In this document: one piece after another, positions 1 through 9,810 of the stretch
How positions within the stretch are numbered: the first letter of the stretch is position 1
Layout of the letters: each line of letters opens with the position of its first letter
NCBI RefSeq assembly: GCF_000306885.1
Contig: NC_018267.1
Span: 810,001-842,000, forward strand
From: Wolbachia endosymbiont of Onchocerca ochengi
Lineage (GTDB): Bacteria > Pseudomonadota > Alphaproteobacteria > Rickettsiales > Anaplasmataceae
Reading direction: 5' to 3'
DNA length: 32,000 nt
Notes under the pieces: model-generated
What the model saw: only the letters and a program-made list of their open reading frames with translations
The model's database searches: none
What the model was told of the DNA's origin: nothing
Program-made: the position numbers and the translations under genes

Positions 1-620
1 AGTAAAGTCAAAAAGATACATTAACTAATAGGCTAATGTTTATACTATAAAATACTGATAAGGCTAATACTTTTCATGTGGCTGTTATAAATGGTTATTG
101 AGATATTATAGAAATTTTTCTAGATGAGAGTATTATAGTGCATATGTAAATGTTTCTGACTTTTCTAAGCTTTCTGTGCGTTAAGAAGTAGGTATTACTA
201 TACTTATATTAGTATAAATCATTATACACCGCTGTATTACGCTTCCTATTATGATGAATTGGAGGTTATAAGATTCTCTTTGTGGAGGAGGATAAATGCT
301 TATGTTGCGTTTAGCATTGATGGATCTGAGGCTTTATACATATTGCCGCTTTAAATGGAGATAAGAATGTCATAGTAGAATTTCTCCTCAATCAAAAGGA
401 TCAAATGTGTTAATGATACTGATAAAGAGAGTTTGGACATCTTTGTATTTCACTTGCTCAAGGGAAATATTTAAAAGTTGTAAAACTCTTTATTAGAAAA
501 GGAGCAAATATTAATATTACCAGAGAAATAGGTTTACACTGTTATACTTTGCTACTCAAGAAGATCACTCGACACTGTCAGAAAGAGTTATTCAAGTGAT
601 TCGGTATTACTTTCTCCTTA
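1..620 (+). pseudogene. Ankyrin-repeat protein gene relic; runs off the left edge and is broken by stops and frameshifts
   Basis: Hand translation gives repeat units of about 33 aa. 51-146 reads NTDKANTFHVAVINGY*DIIEIFLDESIIVHM. 223-306 reads YTPLYYASYYDELEVIRFSLWRRINAYV. 330-401 reads GFIHIAALNGDKNVIVEFLLNQKD, which is a -1 frame change relative to the previous unit. In-frame taa/tga stops follow at about 405-420. Next comes GHLCISLAQGKYLKVVKLFIRKGANINITREIGL (KGANINI at 498-518). This matches the ANK consensus (TPLH.A...G..#V..LL..GA.#N). Confidence 0.65.
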
Positions 621-2001
621 TAAAAAGCTATATCATACTATTAACACATTTTAAGAAAAAGCAACAAGAAAGGTTTTTATGTAGCATTTTTAATGCAGAT
701 ATAAAATAAGTTCTCTAATTTACTTTTTTTAAAGGAGCATGGAGCTAAAATGTATAGTGAACATACAGTAATTACACGTAGCTTATTTCAAACTTTATTA
801 TCACAAGGCAGCAAATTGCTTCTAAAAAACTTAGAAACCTTAACTAAAATTTATAAGCGTATCGCCACAGGGTAAATGAACATCGAAAAAGTGAGAGAGA
901 GAAACTTTCGCTTTGAGTAAGTTACTTAATAACTTTGAGAAACAGATAGACTTTAACGAACAGTTTACATCTGAGCCTAATTCAGGCTTAGTTATAAGAT
1001 ACCCAGTGAGCATCAAGCTATAAACTGAAACTAAAAGTAATTTTGCTATTCACTTAGTACAAGTAATCACATTGTTCCTATTTATAATAGGACTGGTAAT
1101 AAACTTGCTTATTTTAATAGTAATTCAGTATCCATCTTTAGATTTGAAAGTACCGGTCAATTTATGGAAATTATAAAAAATGAGTAAAATCTGCTAACTT
1201 TGAAATAGGGGACAAAGGCTTACTTTGTCGAACACTTTGATGTTAATAAAGTTAATAGTAAATCATTCAGTGAAGATAGGTAAATTTCAGCAAACAAGAT
1301 TAAGGTAAAGTGTTAATTTCTAGGAGAATAAGATAAGGAGCTTGGTCTAGAGTATTGTTATACAGTTTTAATACTAGAGAATATCTTTGTGACTTGGAAA
1401 ATAGAGAGAATATAGAAGAGTAATGTAAGAATAAGATCAATTTTTTTTGAAGGCTTGAAACGCAAGCTTGAAGAAGCAGAGCAGACACATAGAAACAATT
1501 TTTATTGGGAAAGCCGGTTTGAAAGAAGCAATTAATTTTATAGCAACAAGCTCATTGCTGATTTTTTTACTGGTCTAATCCGATTAGGAAGCTAATTGTC
1601 TAAGAAAGCAGATGATAAACATGAGACTCATCTAAATGATCTAACAGTGGACAGCCAAGTTCCTAATATTTTTTGTCACACTGTTTTTATTTAATACTTC
1701 TTACTGGTGAATATATCATACTGTTGTCACTTTAAATCTGCAAAATTATTCTAACTTCTAGTTTTGATTAGAAGAAAATAAAAAAACAGGGGAATAGGGT
1801 AAACCAGGCTTTATATAGTGATATATCAGTCGCAGGCTTTGTTGTGTAGCGAGTAGTAGCAAAAGAGAAGAAAAAAAGGAAATTTGAAAGGAAGCGATTA
1901 TTCTTTTGAAAAATGAATATTTTGAGAAGTAAAAGTTATTATTGTAGCAGGTTTCGAGCTATAGCAAACTAATTATAGAGAAAAGTTCAGAGAAAAAAGA
2001 T
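621..2001. other. ORF-free, stop-riddled DNA; presumed decayed gene sequence, not assigned
   Basis: There is no ORF of 60 aa or more except one antisense-looking 62-aa ORF (1300-1488). Plus-strand frames give short Lys/Leu/Glu-rich helical-looking runs. This could be the non-repeat part of the ankyrin gene, but I recognise no family motif. Confidence 0.3.
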
Positions 2002-2078
2002 TGGTGGGCCTGGGGAGAGTTGAACTTCCGACCTCACGCTTATCAGACGTGTGCTCTAACCAGCTGAGCTACAGACCC
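2002..2078 (-). tRNA. tRNA-Ile (anticodon GAU), CCA encoded
   Basis: The reverse complement reads GGGTCTGTAGCTCAGCTGGTTAGAGCACACGTCTGATAAGCGTGAGGTCGGAAGTTCAACTCTCCCCAGGCCCACCA. It has a 7-bp acceptor stem (one G-U) and GCTC/GAGC D stem. The CACGT/GCGTG anticodon stem carries loop CTGATAA. The T loop is TTCAACT, with one A-C mismatch in the T stem. It closely resembles canonical bacterial tRNA-Ile(GAU). Confidence 0.9.
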
Positions 2079-2087
2079 CTGATTTAC

Positions 2088-2357
2088 TCAAGCTGAAACT
2101 TGCACATTATTCGCAGGCAAAATGTCAATAAAAGTTTTTTTATTCATTGATTTTCTAAATTTAACCCAGCCTTCCACTTTAGCAAAAATCGTATGATCTT
2201 TACCCATACCAACATTTTTTCCAGGGTGAAATTTTGTTCCCCTTTGACGGACAATTATATTACCAGGAGTAACTTTCCCGTTTTTTTTTATTCCTAACCT
2301 ACGACCTGCAGAATTTCTACCATTACAGGAACTACCACCTGATTTTTTGGTTGCCAT
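2088..2357 (-). CDS. rpmA: 50S ribosomal protein L27
   Basis: 89 aa. [22 protein letters not shown]...[26 protein letters not shown] is the L27 signature. It lies directly downstream of rplU, as in the conserved rplU-rpmA operon. Confidence 0.95.
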   Translation of the reverse strand: MATKKSGGSSCNGRNSAGRRLGIKKNGKVTPGNIIVRQRGTKFHPGKNVGMGKDHTIFAKVEGWVKFRKSMNKKTFIDILPANNVQVSA

Positions 2358-2360
2358 ATC

Positions 2361-2669
2361 CTACCTCTTACCCTTGAAGTTAATTTCATTAATGCAAAGA
2401 ACAGTCACATGCTGTCTATGGCCAGTTTTTCTACGGTAATTTTTTCTTCTCTTCTTTTTAAAAATTATGACCTTTTCTTCTTTACGTTGTTCAAGTACTT
2501 TAGCTTTAACAGTGGCATTAAGTGAATAAGATAAATCGTTATCTGAAAGATAAATTACTTTACCGACCTCTACCTCCTTTCCTTCCTCAGCCTCTAATTT
2601 TTCTATTTTTATCACACTACCCTTTTTTACTAAGTACTGCTTTCCGCCTGTTTCAATCACTGCAAACAT
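2361..2669 (-). CDS. rplU: 50S ribosomal protein L21
   Basis: 102 aa. MFAVIETGGKQYLVKKG...KVIIFKKKRRKNYRRKTGHRQ is typical L21. A 3-nt gap separates it from rpmA. Confidence 0.95.
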   Translation of the reverse strand: MFAVIETGGKQYLVKKGSVIKIEKLEAEEGKEVEVGKVIYLSDNDLSYSLNATVKAKVLEQRKEEKVIIFKKKRRKNYRRKTGHRQHVTVLCINEINFKGKR

Positions 2670-2744
2670 ATCAAATATACACTTTTACTATTAATTTTGA
2701 TTGTAATCGTAAAGGATGTCATATATGCTGTCAAGACAAATGAT

Positions 2745-3130
2745 TCTACCTAAGTTACATTAAACGCCTCCAGTAAATATACGAATGTACCATAAGCTAC
2801 AGCAATTCCATGAGCTCTTAGTGTTATGTCTCACGTCACAATATAATCTTGTCATACTTTCATTATTTTCAGCGTCAACATTCATGATTATGTGTTGGTA
2901 ACATTTTTGCTATGTAATTTGCTTTCCTTAATCAACCAAGTATAGCGGAGTGTTGTTATTTTTATCTTTAATGTTGATATTAGGTATCTTTATTTAATAA
3001 GACATTGTGCTACATCTAATTATCTTTTATCTTCAGCATCAACAACATAATTAAATCATTAAATCTACTCAAGAATTTTTTCTTTCCATATCTTTTAATA
3101 TGCGCCAATTATCTTACAATTACTACTTTT
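2745..3130 (-). pseudogene. Second ankyrin-repeat gene relic
   Basis: Minus-strand translation of 2913-2969 gives KDKNNNTPLYLVD*GKQIT. Translation of 2841-2882 gives NVDAENNESMTRLY. At about 3025-3090 it reads KILE*I**FNYVVDAEDKR. These are ANK motifs (D..G.TPL...., GA.VDAE...G.T.L) interrupted by stops and frame changes. Confidence 0.55.
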
Positions 3131-3568
3131 AACAAGCAAATGTAATGACGTATATTTTTGTTCATTGTAGGTATAATATACCTCACATTGTATTATATTA
3201 TAATTTATCAATTTTATAATTACCATTAAAATCTTTCCCTATTTTTTTTATCTTTCTTTTGCACCTTATCCCTATTGCCACTTCTAGCATTACCTATATC
3301 CAGGAACTTACCTTCCATGTTTATCTTTATAAACTAAATTTTCTCTCCTTGATTCTTTCTACTTAATATTACTCTCAGTCTCCTTACTTCATATTGTGTT
3401 AAATCCCACTGGATCAAAATCAATGCTTGTAGCAATAATAAAATTCTTTATTTCACATTCAACTTTTTACTACTCTTGCTTTTTTAAACAAGCAATAAAA
3501 TATTTTACTGAGCTAAATTTACCATTTTTTGTTAATAATCTACTTATATAGATTCTTGCATTTCTATT

Positions 3569-3772
3569 TTATGTGTACTTGATTTGTATAAATCTCCATG
3601 CTGTTTCTTTGTCTATCCTATTTGACTTGTTTCTTTTACACTGCAAAACAACATCATCAAGACCTGAAATTAGCTCAAATTCTGTGTAGCAAGGACGTTT
3701 TTTACCCCATAACACGTAGAAAATGACACCTAAATACAACTCTTGATAGGTAATACCAAGAGGTAAAGACAA
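3569..3772 (-). mobile_element. Possible N-terminal fragment of an IS4/IS5-family transposase (orphan 67-aa ORF)
   Basis: The ORF reads ...YQELYLGVIFYVLWGKKRPCYTEFELISGLDDVVLQCKRNKSNRI. The I(L/F)YVL..G..(W)R.LP.(E/D)F segment resembles the DUF4096-type N-terminus of IS5-like transposases as I remember it. No DDE domain and no terminal inverted repeats are visible. This is a weak call. Confidence 0.25.
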
Positions 3773-3938
3773 CGGTTTATGTCCCAGGTAGAGTAATTTT
3801 TAGATATCTCCAACCTTGTATAATTTTGTCAATAATATCAATAAATAGTGAAAAAAGTAATCAACCTATATGTTCCAGTATACAGATATCAGAGCATAGA
3901 TTTAAAAGTATTACAAGATATGTTGTTAATATAAGAAA

Positions 3939-5363
3939 TTAATTACTTAATCTTTCACTTAAAATCAAATTCACAACATTAGGGTTAGCTTTTCCTTTAG
4001 TAAGTTTCATAACTTCGCCAACGAAAAATCCGTATAATTTTATCTTACCGCTTTTGTATTCTTGAACTTTATCTTGGTTGTCATTGATGATTTTGCTGAT
4101 AATTTTTGATATTTGTTCTTTATCAGCTATTTGTTTCAGGTCCTGCTCTTCTATAATAAGAGATGCAGGTTTACCAGTCTCAAACATAATATCAAAAACC
4201 TGTTTACCAAGTTTAGCGGATATTGTTTCATCAACGATAAAATCCAAAAGTTTTGATAGGGCATTTGCTTTGACTGGAGAGTTCGTAATATCAATACCTG
4301 CTTTATTCAAACGACCTAAAAGTTCTACGGTTAGCCAAGTAACTGCGAGCTTTGAATCGTGCTTTTTTGTTAACTCCTCAAAGTAATCAGCAATTGCTTT
4401 ATCAGAAATAATGACGTCCGCGTCATATTCGCTGATACCCAATTCCTTGATATATCGTAGTTTTTTTTGATCTGGTAATTCTGGTAAAGATGACTTAATA
4501 GAGTCGATTTTATCCTGGCTTACTTCGATAGGCAATAAATCAGGTTCAGGGAAATACCTATAGTCGCTTGCATCCTCTTTATTCCGCATCACTTTTGTTT
4601 TTCCTAAAGCGATATCAAACAATAAGGCATCTTGATTTACCTCTTCACCATTCTCTAAAACTTCAATTTGCCTTTGTATTTCATACTCTATAGCTTGAAT
4701 AATGTAACGTATTGAATTTAAGTTTTTTATTTCACAACGAGTGCCAAATGTGCTACTACCTTTTGGGCGCACAGAAACATTTGCATCACAACGAAGTGAA
4801 CCCTTTTCCATATCACCATCACATGAACCAATGTAACGCAAAATCTGCCTCAATTTTTTCATAAATTCTGCAGCTTCTATAGATGACCTAAGATCCGGCT
4901 CTGAAACGATTTCCATTAAAGGAACTCCTGCACGATTTAAATCTACGTAAGTTTTGCTTTTTTCATGGATGCTCTTTCCTGCATCTTGCTCTAAATGAAT
5001 CCTTGCAATTCTTATTCCTTTTTCATTACTATCAATAAACACTATGCCGTTCTTAACTATTGGTTCAAAAAATTGAGTTATCTGGTAACCTTGTGGTAAA
5101 TCAGGATAAAAATAATTTTTTCGGTCAAAGTAAGAGCACTTATTAATCTCTGCGGAAAGTGCAAGGCCGGTGCGTATCACCTGTTCTATAGAGTAGTAAT
5201 TCAGTATTGGTAGTGTACCTGGCATTGCTGCATCAAATAGAGAAACTTGAGTATTGTGCTCAGTACCAAACTTAGTTGATGAACTAGAAAATAGCTTTGT
5301 CTTAGAGGAAACTTGAGCATGCACCTCAAGTCCGATTACTGCCTCCCAATTCTCTTTTGCCAT
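3939..5363 (-). CDS. gatB: Asp-tRNA(Asn)/Glu-tRNA(Gln) amidotransferase subunit B
   Basis: 474 aa. [13 protein letters not shown]...[19 protein letters not shown] and [11 protein letters not shown] are GatB hallmarks. The C-terminal GatB/YqeY domain is present. Confidence 0.95.
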   Translation of the reverse strand: MAKENWEAVIGLEVHAQVSSKTKLFSSSSTKFGTEHNTQVSLFDAAMPGTLPILNYYSIEQVIRTGLALSAEINKCSYFDRKNYFYPDLPQGYQITQFFEPIVKNGIVFIDSNEKGIRIARIHLEQDAGKSIHEKSKTYVDLNRAGVPLMEIVSEPDLRSSIEAAEFMKKLRQILRYIGSCDGDMEKGSLRCDANVSVRPKGSSTFGTRCEIKNLNSIRYIIQAIEYEIQRQIEVLENGEEVNQDALLFDIALGKTKVMRNKEDASDYRYFPEPDLLPIEVSQDKIDSIKSSLPELPDQKKLRYIKELGISEYDADVIISDKAIADYFEELTKKHDSKLAVTWLTVELLGRLNKAGIDITNSPVKANALSKLLDFIVDETISAKLGKQVFDIMFETGKPASLIIEEQDLKQIADKEQISKIISKIINDNQDKVQEYKSGKIKLYGFFVGEVMKLTKGKANPNVVNLILSERLSN

Positions 5364-5658
5364 GCATTTGATTTAAATAATAATTTAAATATTCTGTAAA
5401 ATTAGCATAAAAAGTCAAAATAAAACTTATGATTTAAGATCATCATGTTGTAAACGAATATTACAATTTTAGGTAAAAACGCAAAAACTACTTGACAATC
5501 TCCACCGGTTTCTTTCTACTATACAATAAAGTGTTTAAGACAGTGTCGTCAACACTGAAAACAGATAGTGAGTAAGGCTCCATTCACCTTTTTCTTTATT
5601 TGATAAGCTTAAATACCAAACTAGATAATACTGGAACGACAAAAAATCAAACACACCT

Positions 5659-7578
5659 CTATTTATTCTCTTTTTTGTTATCTATATCCTGATAATCAGA
5701 ATCTACCACTTTCCCTTCCTCATTATTTGATGTGGATGAGCTAGTAGAGTTTTCTCCACTATGTTGTTGAGATTCTTTATACATAACTTCTCCAAGCTTC
5801 ATAGATAATTGAGAGAGGTTAGTAATCTTCTGCTGTATTGAATTAGTGTCATTAACGTTACTAGATTTGCTAGCTTCCTTTAACTCATTGATCGCATTTT
5901 CAATAGCAGATTTATCGCTTGATGAAACTTTATCACCATATTCCTTCAAAGATTTTTCTGTATGATGAATTAGACTATCTGCCTGATTTTTTACTTCAAT
6001 AAATTTCTTACGCTCCTCATCTTCTTGTGCTTTCTCTTCAGCTTCTCTCACCATACGACTTATTTCGTCATCAGATAGACCACCTGAAGACTGAATACGT
6101 ATTTTTTGCTCTTTCCCAGTAGCTTTATCTTTTGCAGAAACGTGTACTATTCCATTCGCATCTATATCGAATGTCACCTCAATCTGAGGGATCCCACGAG
6201 GAGCAGGTGGTATTCCTTCTAAACTGAATTGGCCAAGCAACTTATTATCGGCTGCCAGTTTCCTCTCACCTTGATGTACTTTGATAGTAACAGCAGCTTG
6301 ATTATCTTCTGCAGTTGAAAATATCTGAGATTTTTTAGTAGGAATTGTAGTATTACGTTCAATAAGTGGAGTAAATACTCCCCCTAAAGTTTCGATACCA
6401 AGAGAAAGTGGTGTCACATCAAGCAATAACACATCTCTTACATCACCTTGAACAATTCCTGCTTGTATTGCAGCCCCAATTGCCACAACTTCATCAGGAT
6501 TTACTCCTCTATGTGGATCTTTGCCAAAGAATTCTTTAACCTTCTCAATTACTTTTGGCATACGAGTCATACCACCAACAAGCACCACTTCACCGATTTG
6601 ACTAGCAGATATACCAGCATCTTCAAGAGCTTTTTTACAAGGGATCATAGTTTTTTTAATTAAATCATTCACTAAACTTTCAAGTTTAGCCCTTGTTAAC
6701 TTCATATTTAAATGTTTTGGGCCACTTGCATCAGCTGTAATAAACGGCAGATTTATTTCTGTTTCCATTGCGCTTGATAACTCAATTTTCGCTTTTTCCG
6801 CAGCTTCTTTGACCCTCTGCATAGCCATCGGATCATTTCTTAAGCTAATGCCAGTATTTCTTTTAAACTCATCCAATAAATAACTTACTACTGCGTCATC
6901 AAAGTCTTCACCGCCAAGATGAGTATCACCGTTTGTTGCTTTTACCTCAAAAACCCCATCACCTATTTCAAGTATTGAAACATCAAATGTACCACCACCA
7001 AGGTCATATACTACTATTGTGTGTCCATGTTTTTTATCAAGACCATAAGCAAGTGCTGCAGCAGTAGGCTCATTAACTATCCTGAGTACATTTAACCCAG
7101 CAATTTTTCCTGCATCCTTTGTTGCTTGGCGTTGTGAGTCGTTAAAATATGCTGGCACTGTTATTACAGCATCCTTTACCTCTTCTCCAAGATAAGCTTC
7201 CGCTGCTTCTTTCATGTTTTGCAGTATAAATGCACCAATTTGACTAGGAGAGTATTCTTTATTACTAGATGTTTTAACCCATGCATCGCCATTTTTTGCT
7301 GCAAACACTTTATATGGAACATTGAGATTTTTTATCTCAGGATCACTATGTTGACGGCCTATTAATCTCTTAGTAGCAAAAAAGGTATTACTTGCATTTG
7401 TAGTTGCTTGTCTTTTTGCAGGAGCGCCAATCAATCTCTCTCCTGATGAAGTAAACGCAACTATGGATGGAGTAGTTCTTGCTCCTTCTTTATTTTCTAT
7501 TACCTTCGTATCTTTACCATGCATTATCGCAACACAAGAATTTGTTGTTCCAAGATCTATACCTATTGCTCTCCCCAT
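5659..7578 (-). CDS. dnaK: Molecular chaperone DnaK (Hsp70)
   Basis: [17 protein letters not shown]..., [10 protein letters not shown] and [10 protein letters not shown] are Hsp70 signatures. I chose the ATG at 7578 (protein starts [10 protein letters not shown]). A GGGAG Shine-Dalgarno sequence (complement of 7587-7591) lies 8 nt upstream of it. The ORF-track start at 7611 adds 11 non-conserved residues. No grpE or dnaJ is adjacent. Confidence 0.95.
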   Translation of the reverse strand: MGRAIGIDLGTTNSCVAIMHGKDTKVIENKEGARTTPSIVAFTSSGERLIGAPAKRQATTNASNTFFATKRLIGRQHSDPEIKNLNVPYKVFAAKNGDAWVKTSSNKEYSPSQIGAFILQNMKEAAEAYLGEEVKDAVITVPAYFNDSQRQATKDAGKIAGLNVLRIVNEPTAAALAYGLDKKHGHTIVVYDLGGGTFDVSILEIGDGVFEVKATNGDTHLGGEDFDDAVVSYLLDEFKRNTGISLRNDPMAMQRVKEAAEKAKIELSSAMETEINLPFITADASGPKHLNMKLTRAKLESLVNDLIKKTMIPCKKALEDAGISASQIGEVVLVGGMTRMPKVIEKVKEFFGKDPHRGVNPDEVVAIGAAIQAGIVQGDVRDVLLLDVTPLSLGIETLGGVFTPLIERNTTIPTKKSQIFSTAEDNQAAVTIKVHQGERKLAADNKLLGQFSLEGIPPAPRGIPQIEVTFDIDANGIVHVSAKDKATGKEQKIRIQSSGGLSDDEISRMVREAEEKAQEDEERKKFIEVKNQADSLIHHTEKSLKEYGDKVSSSDKSAIENAINELKEASKSSNVNDTNSIQQKITNLSQLSMKLGEVMYKESQQHSGENSTSSSTSNNEEGKVVDSDYQDIDNKKENK

Positions 7579-7665
7579 AATGAATACTCCCTTGTAAATA
7601 TTACTTAACATAAGGATATATAAGTATGGAACTTGCCAATTACAAGTCCCACTCAGGATTTCTGG

Positions 7666-9438
7666 TTAGCTATTAGAGCTCAAAAGACGTGAAAGCCATC
7701 TAGTTAACCAAAAGTTATTTTGCAATCCACCTGAGTAATTAACCTTCTCATTGTCGTTACCCTCGGTTTTATAACCAGAATTTTGCAGTGGCTTACAATC
7801 ATTTAAATTAACATTATCTCCTCGTTTTAAAATGAATGCATCTACACTTAAATTATTATCAGCATTAACGTTCAATTTAATATTGAATTCTTTTTCAATC
7901 GTAGAAACTGTATCACGCTTATTATTAAAAATGTGTGTAATAATTGAGCTATGTGCCAATAAATCAAATGATCCATTTCGGTTTCTACTAGCAACATATT
8001 GTAATTCTCTTAATACTGATGCAACAATTACTTCATTTGATTTTACTTTACCAACTCCCCTACAGTGTAAACATTCTATAGTATTGATTTCCTGTATGCT
8101 TGGTTTAATCCTTTGCCTTGAAAATACCATTAAACCAAAGTCATTTATATAGCTAAACTGAACTTTAGCTTTATCATCTTTAAATGCCTGCCTAACGGCA
8201 AATTCAACAGCTCTGCAATATTGATATTTTAACATACCAATAAAATCTACTACTATTAACCCTGACAAGCCTCTTAAATTTACTTGTCTTGATATTTCAG
8301 GTACTGCTTCCATATTGGTTCTATAAGCTGTTTCTTCTATACTATCTTCCTCCATCATTTTTCCCGAGTTTACATCTATTGAAACAAACGCTTCAGTTAA
8401 AGTTATTATTAAAGACCCACCAGATGGTAATTTTACCCTATTGCTATATAGCTCAGAAACTTGATCCTCAATTCCGTAGTAAGTAAATATCGGAACAAAA
8501 CCTCTATACAGCCTATAGCGTAACTTACTACCCTTTAATGCATTTTCAGTATATTGTTTTACTACTTCAAAAGCTTCTTTTCCAGATACTATAATTTCCA
8601 CATCATTGCTACAAAAATCACGAATAGATCTCATAATCAAGTCTGCTTCGTTATAGATCAACGATGGAACATTTGTAGAGGAAGCATTTTTTTGAATGTT
8701 CTGCCACAGTGAAAATAGATAATTATAATCCTGCTCAATTTCTTTTTTACTTTTTCCTGAGCCAATGGTCCTTATTATTAAACATGACTTTTTTGGCAAG
8801 CTTATTGAATCAAGTATGTCCTTTAATTGCTTTCTGATATTGGCATCTTCAATTTTGCGAGATATTCCACCTTTGCTCATGGAATTGGGCATGAAAATAC
8901 AGTATCTACCCACTAAAGTTATGTAAGTTGTAAATGAAGCTCCCTTATTACCTCGTTCCTCTTTAGTCAGTTGAACTAATATTTTTTGATTAACCGCAAT
9001 AACATCCTGTAACTTGTACTTCTTATACAAAGATACTTCCCTTACAAAGCTACTACTCGATTCATTAATATTTTTATTAGCTGCAGAATCTGAAGAAACA
9101 TTCGTTGATACACTACTATTTTCCTCTGTGTAATCACCATTTGAACAACTTTCAAAAAAAGCTTCCTTTTCTTTTTCTGAAATATTAAAATAATCTGGAG
9201 ATATTTCGGAAAAAGATAAAAACCCTTGCTTATTTTTTCCATATTCAATAAATACAGCCTGCAAAGAAGGCTTTATACGCTTTACATAAGCAACGTATAT
9301 ATTTCCTCTTAACTGCCTTTTCTCTTTAAATTCTTGTTCAAACTCTACAATCTTATTATTGACTGATAAAGCAACCCTTACTTCATCAGAGCAGATAGAA
9401 TTTTCTATCAATAGTAACCTTTTACTATTATTTACCAC
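7666..9438 (-). CDS. rne: Ribonuclease E/G family endoribonuclease; short form with an insertion in the S1 domain
   Basis: 590 aa. NIYVAYVKRIKPSLQAVFIEYG..KQGFL (S1 domain), QLTKEERGNKGASFTTYITLVGRY and VSIDVNSG are catalytic-core motifs of RNase E/G. No long C-terminal scaffold region is present. Confidence 0.85.
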   Translation of the reverse strand: MVNNSKRLLLIENSICSDEVRVALSVNNKIVEFEQEFKEKRQLRGNIYVAYVKRIKPSLQAVFIEYGKNKQGFLSFSEISPDYFNISEKEKEAFFESCSNGDYTEENSSVSTNVSSDSAANKNINESSSSFVREVSLYKKYKLQDVIAVNQKILVQLTKEERGNKGASFTTYITLVGRYCIFMPNSMSKGGISRKIEDANIRKQLKDILDSISLPKKSCLIIRTIGSGKSKKEIEQDYNYLFSLWQNIQKNASSTNVPSLIYNEADLIMRSIRDFCSNDVEIIVSGKEAFEVVKQYTENALKGSKLRYRLYRGFVPIFTYYGIEDQVSELYSNRVKLPSGGSLIITLTEAFVSIDVNSGKMMEEDSIEETAYRTNMEAVPEISRQVNLRGLSGLIVVDFIGMLKYQYCRAVEFAVRQAFKDDKAKVQFSYINDFGLMVFSRQRIKPSIQEINTIECLHCRGVGKVKSNEVIVASVLRELQYVASRNRNGSFDLLAHSSIITHIFNNKRDTVSTIEKEFNIKLNVNADNNLSVDAFILKRGDNVNLNDCKPLQNSGYKTEGNDNEKVNYSGGLQNNFWLTRWLSRLLSSNS

Positions 9439-9585
9439 TTGCCTTTCATTCTAAACTTAACTCTATATTATTAATATACCGTAGATTGTCAAGAATCTTA
9501 CGATCTATACTGTTCAAAGGATACAAAATAGTTGACTTTTAGTGTTTCTTGTAATAAACTTAAAAGGAACTTATACTTATTAAGT

Positions 9586-9786
9586 ATGGCAAAAAAGAAT
9601 GTTTCTTTGCTTGTTAAGCTAGTTAGTAGTGCAATTAAGAAAACAAGTACTGGTGAAGAAAAATTAACGGGCTATTTTTACACAAAAAAGCGTAATCCAA
9701 AAAAGCTCATTAGAAAACTAGAGTTTAGGAAATATGATCCAGTAGCCAGAAAGCATGTATTGTTTAAGGAAGAAAAATTAAAGTAG
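9586..9786 (+). CDS. rpmG: 50S ribosomal protein L33
   Basis: From the ATG at 9586 the protein reads [16 protein letters not shown]...[39 protein letters not shown], which aligns with L33 (KLVSSAGTG.FYTT.KN....KLE.RK.DP..R.HV.YKE.K.K). The ORF-track start at 9532 is a TTG that adds an unconserved leader. A candidate promoter is TTGACT (9532-9537), 17 nt, TAAACT (9555-9560). Confidence 0.9.
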   Translation: MAKKNVSLLVKLVSSAIKKTSTGEEKLTGYFYTKKRNPKKLIRKLEFRKYDPVARKHVLFKEEKLK

Positions 9787-9810
9787 TTTTCTATAAGGAA
9801 GTTTTTTGTC

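Noticed and set aside
1300-1488. 62-aa minus-strand ORF in the left decayed region
   Set aside because: It is Leu/Ser-rich low-complexity sequence with no motif and no plausible start context. It is probably a chance ORF in decayed DNA.
2522-2743. 73-aa plus-strand ORF overlapping rplU
   Set aside because: It is antisense to a strongly supported L21 gene. The sequence is low-complexity and Pro/Leu/Phe-rich, as expected from the opposite strand of a Lys/Glu-rich gene.
3169-3183. Perfect 15-bp palindrome AGGTATAATATACCT
   Set aside because: It is short and AT-rich, stands alone, and has no second copy or flanking structure that I could see. It is plausibly a chance occurrence.
4078-4386. 102-aa plus-strand ORF inside gatB
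   Set aside because: It is antisense to a conserved gene, has no recognisable motif, and is a typical shadow ORF.
5492-5557. Plus-strand TTGACA-17-TCTACT promoter-like pair followed by the hairpin CAGTGT-cgtca-ACACTG (5541-5557) between dnaK and gatB
   Set aside because: A plus-strand promoter here would drive only antisense transcription into dnaK. The hairpin lacks a U-tract on either strand. Such matches are expected by chance in AT-rich spacers.
6448-6663. 71-aa plus-strand ORF inside dnaK
   Set aside because: It is a shadow ORF antisense to dnaK.
7579-7611. Longer N-terminal extensions offered by the ORF track: dnaK 7611, and likewise rpmG 9532, dnaE 21365 and dapF 28035
   Set aside because: The extensions use TTG or upstream codons and add non-conserved residues ahead of the canonical conserved N-termini. 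For dnaK, a GGGAG Shine-Dalgarno sequence supports the internal ATG.
7600-7640. Sigma-32-like heat-shock promoter upstream of dnaK (CTTGTAA ... CCATACTTA on the minus strand)
   Set aside because: The spacing between the two boxes is only about 9 nt when aligned to the CCCCAT core, against the 13-17 nt expected. The -10 box also lacks the CC prefix.
7832-9248. Three ORFs within the RNase E gene: 7832-8152 (+), 8289-8486 (+) and 9042-9248 (minus strand, alternative frame)
   Set aside because: All are nested in or antisense to the 590-aa RNase E/G ORF, which carries the conserved motifs. None has a motif of its own.
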